In this document: positions 58,463 through 64,000 of the stretch, in pieces
Position numbering within the stretch: the stretch's first letter is position 1
How the letters are laid out: each line of letters starts with the position of its first letter
Assembly: GCA_964429135.1 (NCBI GenBank)
Contig: CAYSAU010000004.1
Coordinates: 127,028-191,027, forward strand
Direction: 5' to 3'
DNA length: 64,000 nucleotides
From: an uncultured Prolixibacteraceae bacterium
Lineage (GTDB): Bacteria > Bacteroidota > Bacteroidia > Bacteroidales > FEN-979
Position numbers and translations under genes: made by a program
Notes under the pieces: generated by a model
What the model was told of the DNA's origin: nothing
Seen by the model: only the letters and a program-made list of their open reading frames with translations
Databases searched by the model: none

Positions 58463-59076
58463 TATACTCCGTTTTTTCTGATGTCTGACAATATGGTCAC
58501 AATGGGGGAGCACCAGTGCTTAATTCCCATTCCTGCAGCTTTTGCCGTATATTTTCGGGTACGGATTACCGTTTTTGTGTTAGGATCGAAATAAGTCACC
58601 CAGACATTGGCCAGCTCGGTGGTTTTATCAAAGCTCTCAACGATGATCACGAGACCTATCCCGTCTTTTTCAGCGGGAGTATATTTTTTAACCATTTTTT
58701 CCACCTTATCCTCGGTAAACTGGGGTTTTTCCTTGTCGTTGTTGCCAAAGAGATCGGAAATGTCGATATTGGAATTACGTTCACCAACAACCGATAAGTC
58801 GATGAATACATAGTTCATGCCAAGCAATTTTTTCAAATCCATGGGGAAAGTGGTGAACCTGCCTTCTGCAAAAGCGGTATTCCAGGCTGGAATATCAAAG
58901 GAGAGCATCTTCTCGCGATCCATAAATGGGCCATAAAATCGTGCCTGGGAAAAATCAAGCCCAAACCATATCAACGAGCGTGCATTTCTGACATCCCCAA
59001 GGGTATATTTCGATTGAGAAAGCCCTGTCTGGGAGAAAATTGCCAGGAGCAAGGACAGGATAAATAATTTTTTCAT
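58459..59076 (-). CDS. hypothetical secreted protein
   Basis: It has a signal peptide (MKKLFILSLLLAIFSQTGLSQ) and is 205 aa long. I recognise no family. Its stop overlaps the convergent small-subunit stop in a TTAA. Confidence 0.5.
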   Translation of the reverse strand: MKKLFILSLLLAIFSQTGLSQSKYTLGDVRNARSLIWFGLDFSQARFYGPFMDREKMLSFDIPAWNTAFAEGRFTTFPMDLKKLLGMNYVFIDLSVVGERNSNIDISDLFGNNDKEKPQFTEDKVEKMVKKYTPAEKDGIGLVIIVESFDKTTELANVWVTYFDPNTKTVIRTRKYTAKAAGMGIKHWCSPIVTILSDIRKNGVY

Positions 59077-59115
59077 AGCTTCTCTTTTTAAGATATAGTC
59101 AAATATACAAAAATT

Positions 59116-59925
59116 TTATAATACTTCTTTTCCTGGGTACAATTTTTTCATGTATTGGCTGACCATTAATGCTGAGCATGATCGGGGAAGTATCCGGGTA
59201 AGAAAGAAATAATTTAAACGGTTTTTCCACCCCGGGATATGAATAGCTTTCCTTCCCAGGTTTTGTAATGAAGATATGGCGACTTTTTCTGCTTTCATGG
59301 CATTTTTAACCTGGTTTTTTTTCTCTCCCAGGCTTGTCAGATAGGTTGGGGTGAGTGTAATCCCGGCACAGCATGCCTGAATGTCAATCTTCTTCTCCTT
59401 AAATTCATGGTATAAGGCTTCTGCCAGGATGATGTTAAAAGCTTTTGTTGCAGCATAGGGTGCAACATACCTAGGACCAACCAATCCTGCCAGAGATGAC
59501 ATCAGAATAATTCCACCGGAACCCTTGTTCCCGATCATTTCAGCAAAATCATGAACCAGCAATAAGGGGGTCATACTGTTCAAATGGACGAAACGTTTCA
59601 GTTCGTTTGTGTTGTTGGAAAGAAATGGACGGACTTTACTGAAGGCCGCAACATAAATCATAAGCCGGCAGTCTATTTTCCGGATTGCTTCCATACATAA
59701 ATGGACGGAATGCTCATCTTCAAGGTCATGGGTAATACACAGGGTTTGAACTCCGTAGGTGGTTTCGATTTGACGAGACAGGTTGTGTAATGCTTCTTTG
59801 TGAATATCCACCATCACCAGATGTTGTCCTTTTTCGGCAAGGAGCATCGAAAAAGCTTTCCCTATCCCTTCGGCAGCACCGGCTATCAGCGCCCATCCTC
59901 CATATCTTACCAGATGGTTCTTCAT
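59116..59925 (-). CDS. SDR family oxidoreductase
   Basis: It has the Rossmann motif ALIAGAAEGIGKA, the catalytic motif YAATKAF (YxxxK), and is 269 aa long. Confidence 0.8.
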   Translation of the reverse strand: MKNHLVRYGGWALIAGAAEGIGKAFSMLLAEKGQHLVMVDIHKEALHNLSRQIETTYGVQTLCITHDLEDEHSVHLCMEAIRKIDCRLMIYVAAFSKVRPFLSNNTNELKRFVHLNSMTPLLLVHDFAEMIGNKGSGGIILMSSLAGLVGPRYVAPYAATKAFNIILAEALYHEFKEKKIDIQACCAGITLTPTYLTSLGEKKNQVKNAMKAEKVAISSLQNLGRKAIHIPGWKNRLNYFFLTRILPRSCSALMVSQYMKKLYPGKEVL

Positions 59926-59987
59926 GTTTTTTTTTATCTTTGCGATCTTTGCTTTTGCTGGTGCAATGATACTTATTTCTTATCAGA

Positions 59988-61172
59988 ATGAGGAGCTTGC
60001 TTTTTTTATTTTTAAGGTGTTTAAAATTTTTTCAATCGCTAAGCCGTAAAATATCCGGCTATTCCCTGAATGACATTCATGCCCAAAGGGTGGTCTCGGG
60101 AAAAGCGTGGGAGGATTTCTGTAATCAACTGAAACTGGCCGGAGCTTCCCTGATGTACCCTGGCACTCCACATGATGCTTTTCAACAGGCAGAAGGCTTA
60201 CGTTATCTCACCCGTTTAACCCGGGGAGGACTGGAAGCCTTTGTGGAATTCAACGATCCTGCCTTTCCGGTATTAAGAAGAACTGCCCATGAAACCATCA
60301 AGCTAGGAGCCGATAATCCCGACAACCTTTATTTCAATGCCCAGATCTCGGGAGATTTTGAATACCGTCTGAAAGGGAAAAGAAATACCATCCACTATTT
60401 GGGATTTTTCACTCAAAACGGCAATTATGGCACAACCGGGGGATTATCCCCCTGTGGGTCGCTTGAACATACCGAAATGAAACTTGAACCCGACGGAAGT
60501 TTTGAAATCATTTTAAGCGAAATTCCCAAAGGGAAAAACTGGCTGAAAATCTCCAGGGAAACCAGCCTGGTCATGGTTCGACAGACTTTTCTCGACCGAA
60601 ATAAGGAAATTCCGGCCGAACTTAGCATTGAAAACCTTGATGGACGGAAATCTCCCGAACCCATTACCCCGGCCATGATCGACGAAGGCCTGAAGACCGC
60701 CTCCCTGTTTGTGGCTGGCGCCTCACTGCTCTTTTCGAAATGGGCTAAGGGATTCAAGGAGCACGTTAACCAATTGCCTTTGTTTGACCCTGATGTTTCC
60801 AATGCGGCAGGAGGCGATGCCAATATTATTTATTACCACAGCTACTGGAAACTTGACCCCGACGAAGCGCTCTTGATCGAAGTTAAACCTCCTGATTGCG
60901 ATTCCTGGAATTTTCAGCTTAACAATTATTGGATGGAATCCCTCGATTATCGTTATTTCAATATATGTGTCAACAAGGCCGGAGCCCATTATGAACAGGA
61001 TGGAAGCGTGAAAATAATTATTGCCCACCAGGACCCTGCTCTGCCTAACTGGATCAATACCTGCGGGCATACGGAAGGAACGATGCTCTGGCGATGGTAC
61101 CGGCTAAAACCAGGGGAACAGGCTGTACAACCGACCTGTAAGCTGATCAAGAAACCTCAAAGCATACTATGA
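59988..61172 (+). CDS. hypothetical protein, DUF1214-like
   Basis: AEGLRYLTRLTRGGLEAFVEFNDPAFP...KLGADNPDNLY resembles DUF1214-type proteins from memory. The start is uncertain: the ATG at 59988 gives an odd N-terminus, and a TATCTTTG -7-like box lies at 59935-59942. Confidence 0.4.
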   Translation: MRSLLFLFLRCLKFFQSLSRKISGYSLNDIHAQRVVSGKAWEDFCNQLKLAGASLMYPGTPHDAFQQAEGLRYLTRLTRGGLEAFVEFNDPAFPVLRRTAHETIKLGADNPDNLYFNAQISGDFEYRLKGKRNTIHYLGFFTQNGNYGTTGGLSPCGSLEHTEMKLEPDGSFEIILSEIPKGKNWLKISRETSLVMVRQTFLDRNKEIPAELSIENLDGRKSPEPITPAMIDEGLKTASLFVAGASLLFSKWAKGFKEHVNQLPLFDPDVSNAAGGDANIIYYHSYWKLDPDEALLIEVKPPDCDSWNFQLNNYWMESLDYRYFNICVNKAGAHYEQDGSVKIIIAHQDPALPNWINTCGHTEGTMLWRWYRLKPGEQAVQPTCKLIKKPQSIL

Positions 61173-61258
61173 AATACACCAGGGGCGCTAAAACATACTT
61201 CGTGAACTTTGTGCATCCATTGTGACCATTGTGGTAAAATAATGAATTAATGTAAAGA

Positions 61259-62584
61259 ATGACAAAAAATACTATGACAGATTCCCGGGTTTTTGATCGC
61301 CGACCTTTGCTTTTTCGAATGCTGAATGCTGCCTGGGGAAGCAGTTATGTGCTGGGAACAAAAATAAAACTGGATAAGGATGACCTGATCAGAACAGCGA
61401 GAAAAAAAACCGGATTGTATGATCTTGGAAAGGAATTTCGCGAAGAACCACTGGAGCGCCTTCTGAAATCTGTCAATGAAGAAGCAGAATTGCATCCCAT
61501 CGGGCGTTTCATTGCCCGTGAACGTTTTGTCAGCCTGCTCAGTATCCGCCTCAGGGCTGAATGTCTGTTTAAGAAGTATCCCTGGATCCTCGACCAGGAA
61601 TTATATCCCGCTTGGATTATCCTGGGATTGCAAAGAACGGGGACCACAAAACTTCACCGTTTGCTTTCCGTTGATCCCGATCATCGCTTTATCCCAAGCT
61701 GGGAAGTCATTAATCCCTTACCATTGGATCAAAGCTTATATACCCACCCACCCGATAATTCACCCACCAGCCATTTCACCGGATTACCAACTGACGTGCA
61801 CGACAAACGTCTGAACATTGCCCGCACCTCAGCACGGGCGGTGAAACTCATGTTGCCGGGATTTTATGCCATACACCCAATAGAAATCTTTGAGCCCGAA
61901 GAAGATATTTTATTGCTCGATGTCAGCTTTCTATCGACCACCCCTGAAGCCATGATGCATGTGCCTTCATACGCAGCCTGGCTGGAAAATACAGATCAAT
62001 CGGAAGCCTACGCGTATGCGGCAAAATTGCTGAAGTTACTACAATGGTTCAGACCTGCTAAACGATGGATATTGAAAACCCCGCATCACCTTGAATTTCC
62101 TGATCTGATTGAAAGATATTTCGGTGAAGTTCATTATCTGTGGCCCCATAGGAATATTTATGAATCCGTCCCTTCCTTTCTTAGTATGGTTACCTATACC
62201 CATATGATGTTCTCAGATACCGTGGAGGAAAGCCGTATTGCACGCCATTGGGTAAAGAAAACCGGTTATATGCTCCAAAAGGCGCTGAATTATAGATTAC
62301 AGCAAAATCATGAATCGAAATTTACAGATATTTTATACCAGGATTTTATCAAGGACTCCATCTCTGAATTGTCCCGCATATATCAATTAAATGGGGGTTT
62401 GACCCCAGAACTCTCCGGGAAATTTAGACAGCATGAATTAAGCCACCCGCACAGAAAATATGGAACCCATCAGTATTCCTTGGCTGATTTTGATCTTACT
62501 GAAGCTGATATTGATCTGCATACCGGTCAGTATCAATCATTTTTAAAGCAATTATATGTCCGAAAACAAACAAGCTCAGTATAA
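61259..62584 (+). CDS. sulfotransferase family protein (Sulfotransfer_3-like)
   Basis: It has the 5'-PSB P-loop-like motif GLQRTGTTKLHRLL and a later RWILKTPHH segment, and is 441 aa long. Confidence 0.7.
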   Translation: MTKNTMTDSRVFDRRPLLFRMLNAAWGSSYVLGTKIKLDKDDLIRTARKKTGLYDLGKEFREEPLERLLKSVNEEAELHPIGRFIARERFVSLLSIRLRAECLFKKYPWILDQELYPAWIILGLQRTGTTKLHRLLSVDPDHRFIPSWEVINPLPLDQSLYTHPPDNSPTSHFTGLPTDVHDKRLNIARTSARAVKLMLPGFYAIHPIEIFEPEEDILLLDVSFLSTTPEAMMHVPSYAAWLENTDQSEAYAYAAKLLKLLQWFRPAKRWILKTPHHLEFPDLIERYFGEVHYLWPHRNIYESVPSFLSMVTYTHMMFSDTVEESRIARHWVKKTGYMLQKALNYRLQQNHESKFTDILYQDFIKDSISELSRIYQLNGGLTPELSGKFRQHELSHPHRKYGTHQYSLADFDLTEADIDLHTGQYQSFLKQLYVRKQTSSV

Positions 62585-63578
62585 CAATCCCGTTCTCGCA
62601 GTTTTCACGGGAATCCGTGACCTTTTCCGTAAACAGATCCCTTCCGGTGAACTTCGGGAAAATGATCGGTTGGATGGAAAAACCGTGCTGGTTGATGGCT
62701 CAAGCTCAGGCCTGGGTTTTGCCATCGCCCTGGATTGTGCCAGACGGGGTGCAACCATCATCATGGCTTGCCGAAGCGGTATCCCGGGTAAAGGAGAACA
62801 AGTGAAACAATTATCCAGGAACCCGAATGTTCATATGCTCCCGGTTGATTTTTCCGATTACAACAGTATTCTACATCTTGCTTACAGTATCCGGGATCAG
62901 TTTGCTCCTATCGACATCTACATCTGCAATGCCGGTATTGTACCTAAGAAAAGCAGGACTACCCCCCAGGGACTCGAAGAAATGTTCATGGTCAACTATT
63001 TCTCAAAATTTATTTTTGTCAATTTATTAGTAGAGAATAATTGCTTTTCTGATCCCGCATCTCGAATCCCCCGTATCATTTTTATCGCTTCCGAATCCCA
63101 TCGTAATCCTAAACAATTTGAATGGGAAAAATTCGGGATTTATGAACCCTATTCCATAGGGAAAAGTATGGAACTTTACGGTTATTACAAATTACTTCTG
63201 ACTACATACGCCAGGGAACTTTCCCGGCGTTTAAATCCAGTTTCACAAACCCGTTTTTCCATATTCGCACTCTGTCCCGGTCCGGTTAATTCAAATATTG
63301 CAAGAGAAGCCCCGAAAATTTTCCATCCACTGATTAAACTGGTTTTCGGGATTTTTTTTAAATCACCGCAAAAAGCCGCGATCCCTGCAGTTTATCTGGC
63401 CGCATCCGGGGATCAGGAAGGCAAAGCATGGGATTACTTTTTTCTGATGAGCAGGAAAGAAGCCGATGAAAAAGCAAACGACCCGGCCAATGGCCAAAAA
63501 GTTTGGCAATTGTCAGAGACAATGCAGAAAAAATTAATGGCAGATCATTCCCCTTTTGACAAAAAGTTCAATCCTTGA
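62556..63578 (+). CDS. SDR family oxidoreductase (long form)
   Basis: It has VLVDGSSSGLGFAIA (TGxxxGxG type), NAG and YGYYK (YxxxK). It overlaps the sulfotransferase 3' end by 29 nt. Confidence 0.78.
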   Translation: MSENKQAQYNNPVLAVFTGIRDLFRKQIPSGELRENDRLDGKTVLVDGSSSGLGFAIALDCARRGATIIMACRSGIPGKGEQVKQLSRNPNVHMLPVDFSDYNSILHLAYSIRDQFAPIDIYICNAGIVPKKSRTTPQGLEEMFMVNYFSKFIFVNLLVENNCFSDPASRIPRIIFIASESHRNPKQFEWEKFGIYEPYSIGKSMELYGYYKLLLTTYARELSRRLNPVSQTRFSIFALCPGPVNSNIAREAPKIFHPLIKLVFGIFFKSPQKAAIPAVYLAASGDQEGKAWDYFFLMSRKEADEKANDPANGQKVWQLSETMQKKLMADHSPFDKKFNP

Positions 63579-63661
63579 AGTATTTCTTTGATTTCGGGTG
63601 ATATTTCGTTATCTTTACTGTTTTCGAAAAGGACTGAAACCGAAATGTTATTTATACTGTC

Positions 63662-64000
63662 ATGAAAAAATATCCGATTCTGTTCTGGTTGATCTTTATT
63701 ACCACTGTAATGAAGGTAAGTGGCCAAAGTCAAGGTGAAAAATTGCAGTCTGCCTGGCCGGGTGCTGAAATTATTCTGAATTCAGTATGGTCAGTATCTC
63801 CATCCCTGATATGGAAATGGGATACCATTCTTTGTTATAATGACCAGAATGTCACACTCGAACGACTGACCCAGTCGTTTAATGCGAATGGAGATGTCCT
63901 GGTTCAAAAGGTCGAGAAATACCAGTCAGGGAACTGGGTCGACCTGATGCGAACTACTTATGTCAACGATATCCACGGACGTCCTGTAACTGCTACCACT
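63662..64000 (+). CDS. hypothetical secreted protein (5' partial, runs off the window)
   Basis: I translated it by hand from the ATG at 63662: MKKYPILFWLIFITTVMKVSGQSQGEK.... It has a signal-peptide-like N-terminus and is open for all 113 codons to the window end. It is not in the ORF track because no stop is present. Confidence 0.5.
   Translation, partial: MKKYPILFWLIFITTVMKVSGQSQGEKLQSAWPGAEIILNSVWSVSPSLIWKWDTILCYNDQNVTLERLTQSFNANGDVLVQKVEKYQSGNWVDLMRTTYVNDIHGRPVTATT

Noticed and set aside
1-64000. I looked for mobile elements, integrases, toxin-antitoxin pairs, restriction-modification or other defence genes, tRNA/rRNA genes and CRISPR arrays.
   Set aside because: No ORF translation shows transposase, integrase, nuclease-defence or reverse-transcriptase motifs. 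No intergenic region is long enough or structured enough for a tRNA or rRNA. I found no long inverted or direct repeats flanking the accessory blocks by eye, but a computational repeat search was not possible.

Overview
The window reads as a chromosomal segment of a Bacteroidota genome. The evidence is T9SS type A and type B C-terminal sorting domains, a PorP/SprF gene, TAnnTTTG-type -7 boxes, many lipoprotein signals and few Shine-Dalgarno sites. I can support about 50 protein-coding genes. I recognised no rRNA, tRNA, CRISPR array, transposase, integrase or phage gene. The backbone is housekeeping: purE, hpt, adk, obg, radA, panB/panC/panD, mnmA, cdd, rnpA-yidD, dnaK, several peptidases and one two-component pair, mostly in long co-directional blocks with overlapping stops and starts. 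Four accessory regions stand out. (1) 14.0-19.7 kb holds two tandem paralogous LruC/DUF4842-domain lipoproteins, one carrying four Ig-like (He_PIG-type) repeats. (2) 33.4-51.0 kb is a T9SS cargo neighbourhood with two type A CTD proteins sharing a ~105 aa module, one of which has a lamin-tail domain. It also contains an orphan 514 aa ORF, a 2694 aa protein with about 28 PKD repeats and a type B CTD, and the cognate-looking PorP/SprF gene. (3) 51.0-58.5 kb is the most interesting region. It is a six-gene Hyf/complex-I-like module starting 14 nt after porP/sprF. Its membrane arm keeps the canonical charged residues, but its large subunit has no NiFe-binding CxxC motifs and its small subunit has lost 3 of 4 ligands of the proximal 4Fe-4S cluster. 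This matches the Ehr-like, energy-converting-hydrogenase-related type, which has no known function. (4) 59.1-63.6 kb is a sulfotransferase, two-SDR and DUF1214-like cluster. Separately, an identical 18-nt element sits exactly 11 nt upstream of the ATG of two different PDZ-containing secreted peptidase genes. All calls come from reading the ORF translations and the DNA by eye; no database search was run.
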